NCBI GenBank assembly: GCA_028716565.1
Contig: JAQUPL010000006.1
Location: 32,759-96,758 of the forward strand
Direction: 5' to 3'
Length of the DNA: 64,000 nt
DNA from: Candidatus Omnitrophota bacterium
Lineage (GTDB): Bacteria > Omnitrophota > Gorgyraeia > Pluralincolimonadales > Pluralincolimonadaceae
Shown: positions 32,095 through 42,526 of the stretch, in pieces
Layout of the letters: the number at the start of each line of letters is the position of its first letter
Numbering within the stretch: position 1 is the first letter of the stretch
Translations under genes and position numbers: made by a program
Notes under the pieces: model-generated
Seen by the model: the letters and a program-made list of their open reading frames with translations, nothing else
The model's database searches: none
What the model was told of the DNA's origin: nothing

Positions 32095-32140
32095 CGAAAA
32101 AAACGTCGTCCTCATCATCCGGGGACGACGTTTGATTATT
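32095..32140 (+). terminator. Rho-independent terminator (A-tract, 10-bp perfect stem AACGTCGTCC/GGACGACGTT, T-tract)
   Basis: Read directly: stem at 32102-32111 and 32123-32132, flanked by a 5' A-run and a 3' TTTGATTATT. Confidence 0.7.
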
Positions 32141-32159
32141 GGAAGGGAGGCGGATTTTC

Positions 32160-33176
32160 ATGAAGAAGAAGGCAAAGGCCGGAACCAGGGCCGTCAAAAA
32201 GATCGTGAAAAAGAAGAAAAAAACGGTGAAGGCCGCGGGAAAGAAAACCAGGCCCGTCTTAAAAAAGGCCAAAAAAGCGCGCGCCGTCAGGAAAATAACT
32301 GCGGGCGTGGCCCAAAGGGTCGAATTGGGCCGCGACAGGGCCGAGGAGTCAAAATATTATCCGCGCCCAACGCCGTATCTGCCTCCGCGGCAATGGGAGC
32401 ATGAAGAGCTGCCGTCAAAATACGGCGATACGCGCATCGTCGTGATGACGAGGGACCCCCATTGGATATTCGCTTATTGGGAGGTCGGCGACGAAAGGCG
32501 CATGCAGATAGAGCGCGAGGCAAGCGCATCCTGGGACAACCTCAGGAAGGTCCTGCGCGTCTATGACGTCACCGGCAAGGGTTTTAACGGCTCGAACGCC
32601 AACAGGTTTTTTGATATAGACATAAATTCGGCCGCGGCCAACTGGTACATAAACGTCGGCGAGGCGGACAGGTCCTGGTGCGTGGACCTGGGCGTCATTA
32701 CCTCGAGCGGGAAGTTCATACTCATAGCCCGTTCGAATATCGTTTCCACGCCGCGCGACAGCGCCTCGGACGTCATCGACGAAGAGTGGATGTCGATCGA
32801 GGAACAGTTCCTGAAGCTCTACGGCCTATGGGGCGGGTTCGCCGGCGCGTCGCCGGGCAAGGCCCGGATAAAAAAGATAATGAAGGAACGCCTCCAGCAG
32901 GCGCTCGCCTCCGGCGGCATCAGCTCGTTCGTCCGCCCGGAGAAATTCCGCGGCTTCTGGATGGTCGTCAACACAGAGCTGATAGTATACGGCGCGACCG
33001 AGCCTGACGCGGCGGTCACGGTCCAGGGCAGGCCCATAAAGCTCAATCGCGACGGGTCGTTTTCCCTGCGTTTCGCGCTTCCCGACGGGGAGCAGGTGAT
33101 ACCGGTAAAGGGCGTCTCGCACGACAAGGCTGAAGAGCGCACGATAACACCAATAGTCAAGAAATACACAAAATAA
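32160..33176 (+). CDS. DUF4912 domain protein with Lys-rich (histone H1-like) N-terminus
   Basis: N-terminus 'MKKKAKAGTRAVKKIVKKKKKTVKAAGKK...'. The conserved core 'TRIVVMTRDPHWIFAYWEV' is DUF4912-like. The ATG at 32160 follows a GGAGG RBS. Sits upstream of GH57. Confidence 0.6.
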   Translation: MKKKAKAGTRAVKKIVKKKKKTVKAAGKKTRPVLKKAKKARAVRKITAGVAQRVELGRDRAEESKYYPRPTPYLPPRQWEHEELPSKYGDTRIVVMTRDPHWIFAYWEVGDERRMQIEREASASWDNLRKVLRVYDVTGKGFNGSNANRFFDIDINSAAANWYINVGEADRSWCVDLGVITSSGKFILIARSNIVSTPRDSASDVIDEEWMSIEEQFLKLYGLWGGFAGASPGKARIKKIMKERLQQALASGGISSFVRPEKFRGFWMVVNTELIVYGATEPDAAVTVQGRPIKLNRDGSFSLRFALPDGEQVIPVKGVSHDKAEERTITPIVKKYTK

Positions 33177-34757
33177 ATGGAAAAAGGCTACCTCTGTATA
33201 GTCCTGCACAGCCATCTTCCTTATGTCCGGCATCCGGAGTACAAGGACTTCCTCGAGGAGGACTGGCTTTACGAGGCGATAACCGAGACCTACATCCCGC
33301 TCATCAGCGTCTATAACGGGCTGGTCAAAGACGGCGTGGATTTCCGCATAACTATGTCGATCACGCCGACGCTCTGTTCGATGCTCGCCGACCCGCTCCT
33401 GCAGGACAGGTACTTAAAGCATATCGAATCCCTCATAGAACTCTCCAATAAAGAGATCGAACGCACCAGATGGGAACCCGCCTTCAACCGGCTCGCCCTG
33501 ATGTACCAGGCAAAATTCATCGAGACGCGGCAGATATTCGCCGACAAGTACCACAAGAACATCCTCGCCGCTTTCAAGGAATTCCAGGATATGGGCAAAC
33601 TCGAGATCATAACCTGCAACGCCACGCACGGCTTCCTGCCGCTTATGGAGGTAAACCCGAAATCGGTCCAGGCGCAGGTCCAGGTCGGCGCGAACAATTA
33701 CGAGAGGTTTTTCGGCAGGCGCCCGCGCGGCACGTGGCTCGCCGAATGCGGATATTACCCCGGCGTCGACCGGTACGTGAAAGAGGCGGGGATAAGGTAT
33801 TTCTTCGTAGATACGCACGCGATACTCCACGCCAGCCCGCGCCCGAAATACGGCGTCTACGCGCCGATATACTGCAAGTCAGGCGTCGCCGCCTTCGGAA
33901 GGGATTTCGAGTCGTCAAAACAGGTCTGGAGCTCGATCGAGGGTTATCCCGGCGATTTTAATTACCGCGACTTCTACCGCGATATCGGTTTTGACCTCGA
34001 CTTCGACTACATAAAGCCCTACATCCACGAGGCCGGCATACGCATAAACACGGGCATAAAATATTACAGGATAACCGGCAAGACCGACCAGAAGGAGCCG
34101 TATAATCCCGACTGGGCCCGCGACTCTGCCGGCGCGCACGCCGGGAATTTCATGCACAACAGGGAGAAGCAGGCGGAGTACCTCTTCGACGTGATGGGGA
34201 AGAAGCCGGTCATCGTGGCCCCTTACGACGCCGAACTATACGGCCACTGGTGGTACGAGGGGCCGATGTTCCTCGATTTCCTTTTCAGGAAACTGCATTA
34301 CGACCAGAAGACCGTCAAGCCGATAACGCCTTCGGAGTACCTCGAGCAGAATCCCCGGAACCAGGTCTCGACCCCGTCGATGTCGAGCTGGGGCTATAAG
34401 GGATACGCCGAGCACTGGCTCGACGGCTCTAACGATTGGATATACAGGCACCTGCATAAGGCCTCGGACCGCATGACGGAATTGGCCGGTACTTACAAGG
34501 ACGCGACTGGCCTGCAGCGCCGCGCCCTAAACCAGGCGCTGCGCGAACTTCTGCTCGCGCAGTCGAGCGACTGGGCGTTCATAATGAAGACCGGCACGGT
34601 CGTCCAGTACGCCGTCAAGAGGACCAAAGACCATATATTGAGATTTACCCGGCTCTATGAGGATATAAAGGCGGACCGCATCAACGAAGGATGGCTCGCC
34701 GATATCGAATGGAAGGACAATATCTTTCCGGAGATAGACTATAGAGTCCATACCTAA
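33177..34757 (+). CDS. Glycoside hydrolase family 57 protein (alpha-glucan branching enzyme / amylase type)
   Basis: 'GYLCIVLHSHLPYVRHPE' N-terminal GH57 motif; 'CGYYPGV', 'WW' and 'ELYGHWWYEG' are GH57 catalytic-region motifs. Confidence 0.85.
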   Translation: MEKGYLCIVLHSHLPYVRHPEYKDFLEEDWLYEAITETYIPLISVYNGLVKDGVDFRITMSITPTLCSMLADPLLQDRYLKHIESLIELSNKEIERTRWEPAFNRLALMYQAKFIETRQIFADKYHKNILAAFKEFQDMGKLEIITCNATHGFLPLMEVNPKSVQAQVQVGANNYERFFGRRPRGTWLAECGYYPGVDRYVKEAGIRYFFVDTHAILHASPRPKYGVYAPIYCKSGVAAFGRDFESSKQVWSSIEGYPGDFNYRDFYRDIGFDLDFDYIKPYIHEAGIRINTGIKYYRITGKTDQKEPYNPDWARDSAGAHAGNFMHNREKQAEYLFDVMGKKPVIVAPYDAELYGHWWYEGPMFLDFLFRKLHYDQKTVKPITPSEYLEQNPRNQVSTPSMSSWGYKGYAEHWLDGSNDWIYRHLHKASDRMTELAGTYKDATGLQRRALNQALRELLLAQSSDWAFIMKTGTVVQYAVKRTKDHILRFTRLYEDIKADRINEGWLADIEWKDNIFPEIDYRVHT

Positions 34758-34759
34758 AG

Positions 34760-35467
34760 ATGCCCGATAAGAACACTCTTCCTTTGCATATCGCCGTCAT
34801 AATGGACGGGAACGGCAGGTGGGCCAAAAAGCGCGGGCTGCCGCGGGTCATGGGCCACCGCGCCGGGATGAAGGCCGTCAGGGAAGTCATAAAGTCGTGC
34901 CGCGAACTGGGCATAAAACACCTGACGCTCTACGCGTTCTCCTCGGAGAACTGGAAACGCCCTAAAGCGGAAGTCGACGCGCTCATGCGCTTCCTCAACG
35001 AATATATAGAAAAGGAATTACAGTCCTTTTTAAAGAACGGCATAAGGCTTAATTTTATCGGCAGGATGGGCGCCCTGCCGGATTTCGTGCGCCCTAAATT
35101 GAAAAAGGCGATGGAAGCGACCGCCGATTGCGGAAAAATGACGCTCAACGTTGCGCTCAATTACAGCGGCAGGGGCGAGATCGTGGACGCGGCTAAAAGG
35201 TTCGCCTCGCAGGTAAAGGCCGGAAAGCTCGGCGTCGACGATCTCGACGAGGATTCATTCGGCGGGTTCCTGTATACCGCCGGCCAGCCCGACCCGGACC
35301 TGCTGATCCGCACCTCGGGCGAAATGCGGATATCGAATTTCCTCCTCTGGCAGATATCTTATGCCGAATTATACGTGACGCCGAAACTCTGGCCCGATTT
35401 CAAGAACGGCGACCTGGTAGACGCTATAAAGGAATACCAAAAACGCGAAAGAAGGTTCGGGGCATGA
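34760..35467 (+). CDS. uppS: Undecaprenyl diphosphate synthase (isoprenyl transferase)
   Basis: 'HIAVIMDGNGRWA' and 'LTLYAFSSENWKRP'. Confidence 0.95.
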   Translation: MPDKNTLPLHIAVIMDGNGRWAKKRGLPRVMGHRAGMKAVREVIKSCRELGIKHLTLYAFSSENWKRPKAEVDALMRFLNEYIEKELQSFLKNGIRLNFIGRMGALPDFVRPKLKKAMEATADCGKMTLNVALNYSGRGEIVDAAKRFASQVKAGKLGVDDLDEDSFGGFLYTAGQPDPDLLIRTSGEMRISNFLLWQISYAELYVTPKLWPDFKNGDLVDAIKEYQKRERRFGA

Positions 35468-36321
35468 CCGGACAGTCGGACAAAAACCACGATAGCCATA
35501 ACAACCTTATACCGAGGCTGGTAAGCTCGGTCCTGATAATATTATTCGTGCTGTTTACCGTCCTCGTCTGGCCGGACTGGTTCTTCTGCCTCGTCCTCAC
35601 CGTCATGATAGCGATGGCGCTCAACGAGTTCTACACGCTCGTCGAGAAGAAGGGGATACCGATATTCAAGATAAGCGGGATCTCGATAGCCATCCTCGTC
35701 CCGACGTCGATATACTTCACCTTCGAGCCCACGAAAGGATGGGAACTGCTTTTCATCATCGCCGTACTCCTTATCATATTCATCCTGCAGTTCACCCGCA
35801 GGGAGAGCGACCAGGCGATAGTCGGCGTCTCGACGATGATATTCGGCATCCTTTATATCAGTTGGACGTTCAGTTTCCTCATGAAGTTGAAACTCATAGA
35901 GCCTGACGGCCTGCCGGACGGGAGCCTGCTGGTAGCGTTCCTGCTCCTGGTCACGAAGATCGGCGATATAGGCGCTTATTTTGTCGGGACGTATTTCGGC
36001 AAGCACACCCTCATAGCGAGGATAAGCCCGAAGAAATCCGTGGAAGGGGCGATAGGCGGGTTCGTATGCAGTGTTGCCGCCGCCCTTATAAGCAAGTCGT
36101 TTTTGCCGTCTGTCCCGCTGCACCACCTGTTTATTCTGGGCTGTATCCTGGGGGTGCTGGCGCAGGTAGGCGACCTGACCGAGTCATTGATAAAACGCGA
36201 CAGCCAGGTCAAGGATTCGGCGGTGCTTATTCCGGGGATGGGCGGGATGCTGGACCTCATCGACAGCATTTTGTTCACGGCGCCGACCTTATATTTTTAC
36301 GCCCTTAAGTTCCTCACATGA
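35464..36321 (+). CDS. cdsA: Phosphatidate cytidylyltransferase
   Basis: Polytopic membrane protein with C-terminal 'SxxKRxxxxKD...GHGGxxDRxD' ('[12 protein letters not shown]...[12 protein letters not shown]'). Confidence 0.85.
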   Translation: MTGQSDKNHDSHNNLIPRLVSSVLIILFVLFTVLVWPDWFFCLVLTVMIAMALNEFYTLVEKKGIPIFKISGISIAILVPTSIYFTFEPTKGWELLFIIAVLLIIFILQFTRRESDQAIVGVSTMIFGILYISWTFSFLMKLKLIEPDGLPDGSLLVAFLLLVTKIGDIGAYFVGTYFGKHTLIARISPKKSVEGAIGGFVCSVAAALISKSFLPSVPLHHLFILGCILGVLAQVGDLTESLIKRDSQVKDSAVLIPGMGGMLDLIDSILFTAPTLYFYALKFLT

Positions 36322-37463
36322 AAAAGATAAATATACTGGGCTCAACGGGCTCTATCGGCACTAACGCGTTGGATGTCATCGGCAGGCACCCGCGCGAATT
36401 TTCTGTGGTTGGGCTCGCGGCGCATTCCAATGCCGAACTGCTCGTCCGCCAAGCGAAGAGATTCCGCCCAAGGGCCGTCGCGATATGCAACGAAGCGAAG
36501 GTCAACGGTGTCAGGAAGGCGCTATCCGGCGCCGGGATAAGGGTATTAGGCGGCTACGAAGGCATAAACGAGCTCGCCGGGCATAAGGATGCCGATATCA
36601 CGCTCGTCTCGATAGTCGGCGCGGCAGGGCTGCTTCCGACATTATACGCGATAGATTCGGTCAGGACCGTTGCGCTCGCGAACAAAGAGCCGCTCGTCAT
36701 GGCCGGCGGGATAATAACAGCGCGCGCGAAAAAACGCGGCACGAAGATAATCCCGGTCGATTCCGAGCACAGCGCGATATTCCAGTGCTTGAACGGCCAC
36801 GACAGGGAAGACCTGAAGAAGATATACCTTACCGGTTCGGGCGGGCCGCTAAAGAACCTGGACGCGAAAAAGTTTGAAGCCCTTTCTCCCGAGGAGGTCG
36901 TAAACCACCCGCGCTGGAAGATGGGCAAGAAGATATCGGTAGACTCGGCCACGCTTATGAACAAGGGCCTCGAGATAATAGAGGCGAAATGGCTCTTCGG
37001 CGTCGGCGTCGACAAGATAGACGTCCTGATACATCCCGAGGCGATAATACATTCGATGGTCGAGTTCATCGACGGCTCGATAATGGCGCAGTTGTCGCAG
37101 ACGGATATGCGCCTGCCTATAATGTATGCGTTCTCGTATCCGCGCCGCGTGAAATCGACGCTTCCCGCGCTCGATTTCGTGAAGCTCGGAAAATTCACGT
37201 TCTCTCCGCCGGACTTTGGGAAATTCCCGTGCCTTAAAATGGCATACGAGGCGGCAAAGAACGGCGGCTCTCAGCCCGCAGTGTTAAATGCCGCGAACGA
37301 GGAAGCCGTGTTGGCGTTCCTCGGCAAGAAGATAAAATTCACACAGATACCGAAGATCATCGGCGGAGTTCTGGCCAAGCACAGGTCAAAGGCGGATCCT
37401 TCGCTCGATGAGATACTTCAAATAGACGCCTGGGCAAGACAACAGGCGAGGAGCTTGATCTGA
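36318..37463 (+). CDS. dxr: 1-deoxy-D-xylulose 5-phosphate reductoisomerase
   Basis: '[18 protein letters not shown]' and 'LANKEPLV'. Confidence 0.95.
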   Translation: MKKINILGSTGSIGTNALDVIGRHPREFSVVGLAAHSNAELLVRQAKRFRPRAVAICNEAKVNGVRKALSGAGIRVLGGYEGINELAGHKDADITLVSIVGAAGLLPTLYAIDSVRTVALANKEPLVMAGGIITARAKKRGTKIIPVDSEHSAIFQCLNGHDREDLKKIYLTGSGGPLKNLDAKKFEALSPEEVVNHPRWKMGKKISVDSATLMNKGLEIIEAKWLFGVGVDKIDVLIHPEAIIHSMVEFIDGSIMAQLSQTDMRLPIMYAFSYPRRVKSTLPALDFVKLGKFTFSPPDFGKFPCLKMAYEAAKNGGSQPAVLNAANEEAVLAFLGKKIKFTQIPKIIGGVLAKHRSKADPSLDEILQIDAWARQQARSLI

Positions 37464-38521
37464 TGCTATCCTGGATACTTGTAGTACTCGCGTTTTCCGT
37501 GATGATAATCATACATGAGTTGGGGCATTTCCTGGTCGCCCGGAGGGTCGGGATAAAAGTCGAGACATTCTCGATCGGGTTCGGCCCGCCGATCTTTTCC
37601 GTCAAAAAGGGCGGGGTCGAATACAGGATCGGCGCCTTGCCCCTCGGCGGATATGTAAAATTGCTCGGGGAAGACCCTTCGGAAAAGCTGACAGGGGATA
37701 AAAGCGAATTGGCCTCCCAACCTGTTGGCAACAGGTTCAAAGTATTTGCCGCTGGCTCGGCCCTCAATTACCTTCTCGGCTACGTGCTCCTTTCGGTCGT
37801 GTTCATGATAGGTTATCCTGTAATAACGACAAAAGTAGGCGCGCTGGTCGAGGATTACCCGGCCAAAAAAGCCGGGATGCAGGTCGGCGACAGGGTCCTT
37901 GCCATCGACGGCAAAGCCGTCGGCGACTGGGAGGAGCTCACCGGTATTATGCATAAGAAGACCGAAGGCGACGTCAAGCTGATCATCGACAGGGACGGGA
38001 AGAAATTAGACCTTGTCATCAGGCCCATGGTCCGCGAGACAAAGGATGTCTTCGGCAACAAGGTCCGCATCGCCCAGGTCGGCATAATGAACTCCGACGA
38101 GCGCAGCGTCCAGAAATACGGTTTCTTCGGATCATTCGCGGCGGGCGGAAAGAAACTCGTCAATTTTACCTATATGACTTATAAGGGCCTCTGGAGCCTG
38201 ATAACCGGCAAACTCCCGTTCAAGGAGAATGTGATGGGCCCGGTAGGCATCTTCGGGACGATGAACGCGGCTGCGAAGATCGGCGTTGTCCCGTTCCTGC
38301 TGCTGACCGCCCTGATCAGCGCCCTGCTCGGGATGTTCAACGTGCTTCCGGTCCCGCCGCTCGACGGTGGGCTGATATTATTTCTCGGCATAGAAAAAAT
38401 AATGGGCAGGCCTCTCAGCAGGAGGGTGCAGGAGGTAGCTATGCAGGCAGGCTGGATGTTCTTCATCGCCTTGATGCTCTTTGCGACATACGGCGACATA
38501 TTCAGGATGATGGGTAAATGA
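37463..38521 (+). CDS. rseP: RIP zinc metalloprotease (site-2 protease, M50) with PDZ domain
   Basis: 'HELGHFLVAR' (HExxH) and 'LNVLPVPPLDGG'. Confidence 0.9.
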   Translation: MLSWILVVLAFSVMIIIHELGHFLVARRVGIKVETFSIGFGPPIFSVKKGGVEYRIGALPLGGYVKLLGEDPSEKLTGDKSELASQPVGNRFKVFAAGSALNYLLGYVLLSVVFMIGYPVITTKVGALVEDYPAKKAGMQVGDRVLAIDGKAVGDWEELTGIMHKKTEGDVKLIIDRDGKKLDLVIRPMVRETKDVFGNKVRIAQVGIMNSDERSVQKYGFFGSFAAGGKKLVNFTYMTYKGLWSLITGKLPFKENVMGPVGIFGTMNAAAKIGVVPFLLLTALISALLGMFNVLPVPPLDGGLILFLGIEKIMGRPLSRRVQEVAMQAGWMFFIALMLFATYGDIFRMMGK

Positions 38522-39600
38522 AGATAATAAGACGCAAGACAAGGACTATAAACTTGGGCGGGGTGAAGATAGGCGGGACGAGCCCGGTATCGGTGCAGTC
38601 GATGACAAAGACCGATACGCTCGACGTCGCCGCGACAGTCGCGCAGATAAAAAAGCTTGAGCTCGCCGGCTGCGATATCGTGCGCACCGCGGTCAAGGAC
38701 GCCTCGTGCTGCGATGCCCTCGCCAGGATAATGAAAAAGATAAACATCCCGCTCGAAGCCGATATACATTTCGATTACCGGCTCGCTATAAAAGCGATAG
38801 AGGCGGGTGTCGACGGCGTCAGGCTCAACCCCGGCAACGTCTGTAAGAAAGACGAAGTCGCCGCGGTAATAAATCTCGCGAAAAAACGCAGTATTCCCGT
38901 GCGCGTCGGCGTAAACTCCGGTTCGGTGCGCATCCCGAAGGGCGGCGTATCGAGAGAGAAGTTCCCTGCGCTTATGGTCAAGGCCGCGCTCGATTATATC
39001 AAGATGATCGAAGATCTCAATTTCAGGAATTTGATGGTATCGCTTAAGGTCTCCGACGTAGGGCAAACGATAGATGCTTACCGGCTCATGGCCAAGAAAT
39101 GTGACTACCCGTTCCATCTGGGCGTAACTGCCGCAGGCCCTGAACTTTCCGGGACGGTCAAGTCCACACTTGGTATCGGTATCCTGCTTGCAGAGGGGAT
39201 AGGAGATACGATACGCGTATCGCTTACCGGCGACCCGGTCCAGGAAGTCATCGTCGGGAAAAATATAATCCAGGGGCTCGGGCTTCGCAGGTTCGGCCCC
39301 GAGGTCCTTTCCTGCCCGACTTGCGGCAGGACAGAGGTAGACATTATCGGCATCGCGAATAAAGTCGAGCAGGCGCTCGGCAAGATTAAAGACGAAAAAG
39401 GCAAGCTCTCGGGCCTGCGCGTCGCCGTGATGGGATGTGTAGTCAACGGCCCGGGTGAAGCGAAAGAGGCGGATCTCGGCATCGCGGCGGGAAAGGGCAG
39501 CGGATTTCTCTTTATTAAAGGCAAGCCCGCGCGTAAAATAAAAGAGAGCGAGTTCGTCAGCGCGATAGTCACCGAGATAAATAAAATACTGAGGGGTTGA
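38518..39600 (+). CDS. ispG: 4-hydroxy-3-methylbut-2-en-1-yl diphosphate synthase
   Basis: 'VSVQSMTKTDT'. A [4Fe-4S] Cys triad ('SCPTCGRT', 'MGCVVNGPGE'). Confidence 0.95.
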   Translation: MKIIRRKTRTINLGGVKIGGTSPVSVQSMTKTDTLDVAATVAQIKKLELAGCDIVRTAVKDASCCDALARIMKKINIPLEADIHFDYRLAIKAIEAGVDGVRLNPGNVCKKDEVAAVINLAKKRSIPVRVGVNSGSVRIPKGGVSREKFPALMVKAALDYIKMIEDLNFRNLMVSLKVSDVGQTIDAYRLMAKKCDYPFHLGVTAAGPELSGTVKSTLGIGILLAEGIGDTIRVSLTGDPVQEVIVGKNIIQGLGLRRFGPEVLSCPTCGRTEVDIIGIANKVEQALGKIKDEKGKLSGLRVAVMGCVVNGPGEAKEADLGIAAGKGSGFLFIKGKPARKIKESEFVSAIVTEINKILRG

Positions 39601-39604
39601 CAAC

Positions 39605-40930
39605 ATGAGATGGACCCAGGCACTGATCCCGACGCTTAAAGAAGACCCGGCAGAGGCGGAAATAATAAGCCACAAGCTAATGATCCGCGCCGGGCTTATC
39701 CGCAAGCTCACCGCCGGCGCTTACACCTACCTGCCGCTCGGATGGCGCGTCCTCAACAAAGTGGAAAATATAATCCGCGAAGAGATGGACGCCAAAGGCG
39801 CGCAGGAGATCCTGATGCCCGCGCTCCAGCCCTCCGAATTATGGAAGGAATCCGGAAGATATACTGCCCTCGGCGAAGATATGATCAAGTTCACCGACCG
39901 GCACGGCAAGGAGACTATCCTGGGCCCGACCCACGAGGAGATAATAACCGACCTCGTCAGGGGCAGTGTCAAGTCCTACAAAGAACTTCCTCTTATACTT
40001 TACCAGATACAGGTCAAATTCCGCGACGAGATACGCCCGCGCTCCGGCGTTTTGCGCTCGCGCGAGTTCATTATGAAGGACGCATATTCATTCGACCGCG
40101 ACACCGCCGGCCTAGACAAAAACTATAAAAAAATGTACGACGCCTACTGCGCGATATTCACCCGCTGCGGCCTGAAATTTTTGGCCGTCGAGGCCGATAC
40201 CGGCGTAATGGGCGGCGATGTCTCGCACGAGTTCATGGTCTTATCCGAGAGCGGCGAAGATACGCTCGCCCATTGCGCGAAATGCGGCTACGCGGCAAGT
40301 TTGGATAAGCACCTTTTAAATCTTAACGTAAAGAAGGATTTCAAGATAGAGACTCTTGACGATATCAAGAAGATAGACAAAGGCGACAAATGCCCTAAAT
40401 GCGGCACCGAGATAAAGCTTGAACAGGCGATAGAAGTCGGTCACGTATTCAAGCTCGGCACTAAATATTCAAAGGCGATGTCCGCCAATTTCCTCGGCGA
40501 GGACGGCAAGGAAAGAATATATATAATGGGCTGCTACGGCATCGGCGTCAACAGGATAATCGCCGCTTTGATCGAGCAGAGCCACGACAAGGACGGCATC
40601 ATCTGGTGCCCGTCGATAGCGCCCTACACAGTCGCAATACTCCCGCTCAACACCGCACATCCAGCATCGATGGAGGCAGGCGAGAAGATCTACGCCGAGC
40701 TGGCCTCCGCCGGAATCGAATGCATCCTCGACGACCGCCCCGAACGCGCCGGCGTAAAGTTCAAAGACTCCGACCTCATCGGCTTCCCGATCCAAATAAT
40801 CATAGGTGAAAAAAGAATCGCCAACGGCGAAGTCGAGATTAAAGACCGCAAGACGAAAGAGGTAAAAATACTAATGAGTGACAAGATCGTTTCCGCGATT
40901 AAGGAATTTTTATCGGCTCTAGGTTCGTAG
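39605..40930 (+). CDS. proS: Prolyl-tRNA synthetase (short form without insertion/editing domain)
   Basis: Class II aaRS motifs ('FRDEIRPRSGVLRSREFIMKDAYSF', 'GCYGIGVNRI'). Zn-binding C-terminal Cys cluster. Confidence 0.9.
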   Translation: MRWTQALIPTLKEDPAEAEIISHKLMIRAGLIRKLTAGAYTYLPLGWRVLNKVENIIREEMDAKGAQEILMPALQPSELWKESGRYTALGEDMIKFTDRHGKETILGPTHEEIITDLVRGSVKSYKELPLILYQIQVKFRDEIRPRSGVLRSREFIMKDAYSFDRDTAGLDKNYKKMYDAYCAIFTRCGLKFLAVEADTGVMGGDVSHEFMVLSESGEDTLAHCAKCGYAASLDKHLLNLNVKKDFKIETLDDIKKIDKGDKCPKCGTEIKLEQAIEVGHVFKLGTKYSKAMSANFLGEDGKERIYIMGCYGIGVNRIIAALIEQSHDKDGIIWCPSIAPYTVAILPLNTAHPASMEAGEKIYAELASAGIECILDDRPERAGVKFKDSDLIGFPIQIIIGEKRIANGEVEIKDRKTKEVKILMSDKIVSAIKEFLSALGS

Positions 40931-41021
40931 CCTTAGGCTCTGAGCTCCGAAGAAATCTTAAGCAAAAAGCATATATTATGCATTTCGTCTATTAATTGTT
41001 AGTCATAGAGAAGGGGGTATT

Positions 41022-41906
41022 ATGAAAAAAAGAATTAGCCTACTTTGTGTTATCTATTTTACTTCAGCATCCTTTTGTTATGCTGGTGAAATTTGTTCAA
41101 GAGAAAATATTGTTCCCTGCGTTGTTTTATTAGAGCAAAAAAGTAATATTGCTTCAATCAGTATCAACGGAGTAAAATCAGAATTGTGGTATAAAGAACC
41201 AGGTAGCGCTGAACCTAAACCGCGTTATGAGTTTTTTCAGGGTACTGGATTTTTGGTTTCTTCTGAAAATAATAAACTTTTCCTAGTAACAGCAGCCCAT
41301 GTAGCGCTTACAATGACACCGTCAGCGCAGATTACTTTCAAGGGAGAAAATGATGCCCCAATTAGTTTAGCTCTATCAGAGGCAAGTGGTTTTAAAAAAG
41401 AATTGCCTTGGGTTTATCATCCAGAAGCAGATGTTGCGGTGTTACCGTTATTCCCTGAGAATGTTATTTTAATAAAGTATTTCAAAAACCACTTTCTTCC
41501 GCAAAGTCTTATTTCATCTGAAAAGGTTCCGCCTTCAAGAGATATTCCCCTAACTGTTTTTGGATTTCCTCTTGGTTTTGGTGCTGTAGATACATTTTCT
41601 CCATTAACAAAAACAAGTCATACAGCAAGTAGTTTGATGCAGCTTTCTCGATTCGACAATGGCAAGGTGACTACATTTTATATATTAGAAGATCCAAGCA
41701 TTACAGGGTACAGTGGTGGCCCGGTTTTTGATGTTTCCATGTATAAAATCGGGGCATTATCTACTACTGGTTCTGGTACAAAATTAGTTGGTATTATGCA
41801 TGGAACACTTTCGGATCCAACAGGCGGTAAGCTTGCAGCTGTGGTACCGAGTTATTTTATTGTAGAAACTATAAATCTTGCATTATCTGAACCTTCAAAT
41901 AAATAG
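41022..41906 (+). CDS. Secreted trypsin-like (S1/Trypsin_2 fold) serine peptidase; markedly AT-rich gene
   Basis: Signal peptide. Catalytic triad context: 'LVTAAHV' (His), 'PEADVAVLPL' (Asp), 'GYSGGPVF' (Ser). By eye the composition is far more AT-rich than flanking genes. Confidence 0.7.
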   Translation: MKKRISLLCVIYFTSASFCYAGEICSRENIVPCVVLLEQKSNIASISINGVKSELWYKEPGSAEPKPRYEFFQGTGFLVSSENNKLFLVTAAHVALTMTPSAQITFKGENDAPISLALSEASGFKKELPWVYHPEADVAVLPLFPENVILIKYFKNHFLPQSLISSEKVPPSRDIPLTVFGFPLGFGAVDTFSPLTKTSHTASSLMQLSRFDNGKVTTFYILEDPSITGYSGGPVFDVSMYKIGALSTTGSGTKLVGIMHGTLSDPTGGKLAAVVPSYFIVETINLALSEPSNK

Positions 41907-41952
41907 ATAATTTCGGTGACAATATACCTAATTCCCTAACCGAAATAATAAC

Positions 41953-42501
41953 ATGCCCCCACGCTACGTTAAGACCATAAAAGAAGAAATCCTCTACGAA
42001 TACGCCAAGCTCATATCCCGCAGCGCGTTCAAGGGCAGCATCAACTACGGATTTGTCACGGACCGGTTCAAAGCCCTGCGCGACGGCAACGCTACGATGT
42101 CCGGCACGATAAGGGAGTGGCAGAGGGAGCAGGAGATGGATAAGGAGTGCGTCTTTTGCGGCGCGCTCGAAGGCCTGCAGGTCGACCACCTCATCCCGCG
42201 AAGCCGCGGCGGCCCTGATTCGGCGGATAATTCGGTCCTGTCGTGTCCCGCCTGCAACGCCTCGCGGGGCGACAGCGGCGTCTTCCAATGGTTGGGGCTC
42301 AAGAAGAAGGATGGCCTCCACCGCCTCGTGGCCGGCAAGTACCTGAAATTGCTGTTTGACCTCCACCAGACGCGTGGTACACTTGATATAAATAGGGACG
42401 ACATTGCCCGGTTGTGCCCCGAATGCAGGAACAAGTCCACCTGCAGGGAGTGGCGCAAGGAACAGGAGCTTACATGTTTTTGTTTGGAGAGCGTGATCTA
42501 A
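41953..42501 (+). CDS. HNH endonuclease family protein
   Basis: 'CVFCG...VDHLIPRSRGGPDSADNSVLSCPACNASRGD' is an HNH motif with flanking CxxC zinc knuckles. There is an extra C-terminal Cys cluster. Confidence 0.75.
   Translation: MPPRYVKTIKEEILYEYAKLISRSAFKGSINYGFVTDRFKALRDGNATMSGTIREWQREQEMDKECVFCGALEGLQVDHLIPRSRGGPDSADNSVLSCPACNASRGDSGVFQWLGLKKKDGLHRLVAGKYLKLLFDLHQTRGTLDINRDDIARLCPECRNKSTCREWRKEQELTCFCLESVI
42347..42389 (+). repeat. 43-bp direct repeat, copy 1 (inside the 3' part of the HNH gene)
   Basis: AAATTGCTGTTTGACCTCCACCAGACGCGTGGTACACTTGATA. It matches 44048-44090 with one mismatch. Confidence 0.85.
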
Positions 42502-42526
42502 ATTAGAGCAGAAGGAGCAAATTAAT

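Noticed and set aside
32160-32300. A-rich simple sequence (aagaagaag...)
   Set aside because: It is in-frame Lys codons of the DUF4912 N-terminus, not a microsatellite or poly-A tract outside coding sequence.
38179-39711. 510-aa minus-strand ORF
   Set aside because: It lies exactly antisense to rseP/ispG, which carry unmistakable conserved motifs on the + strand. Its translation is low-complexity (Arg/Leu/Ala-rich) and there is no RBS or start context. It is a shadow ORF typical of GC-rich DNA.
40931-41021. Possible tRNA or integration target between proS and the AT-rich protease gene
   Set aside because: The 91-nt spacer is AT-rich, has no cloverleaf-compatible arms and only a short GAGCTC palindrome. 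No tRNA or tmRNA was recognisable here or in any other intergenic region.
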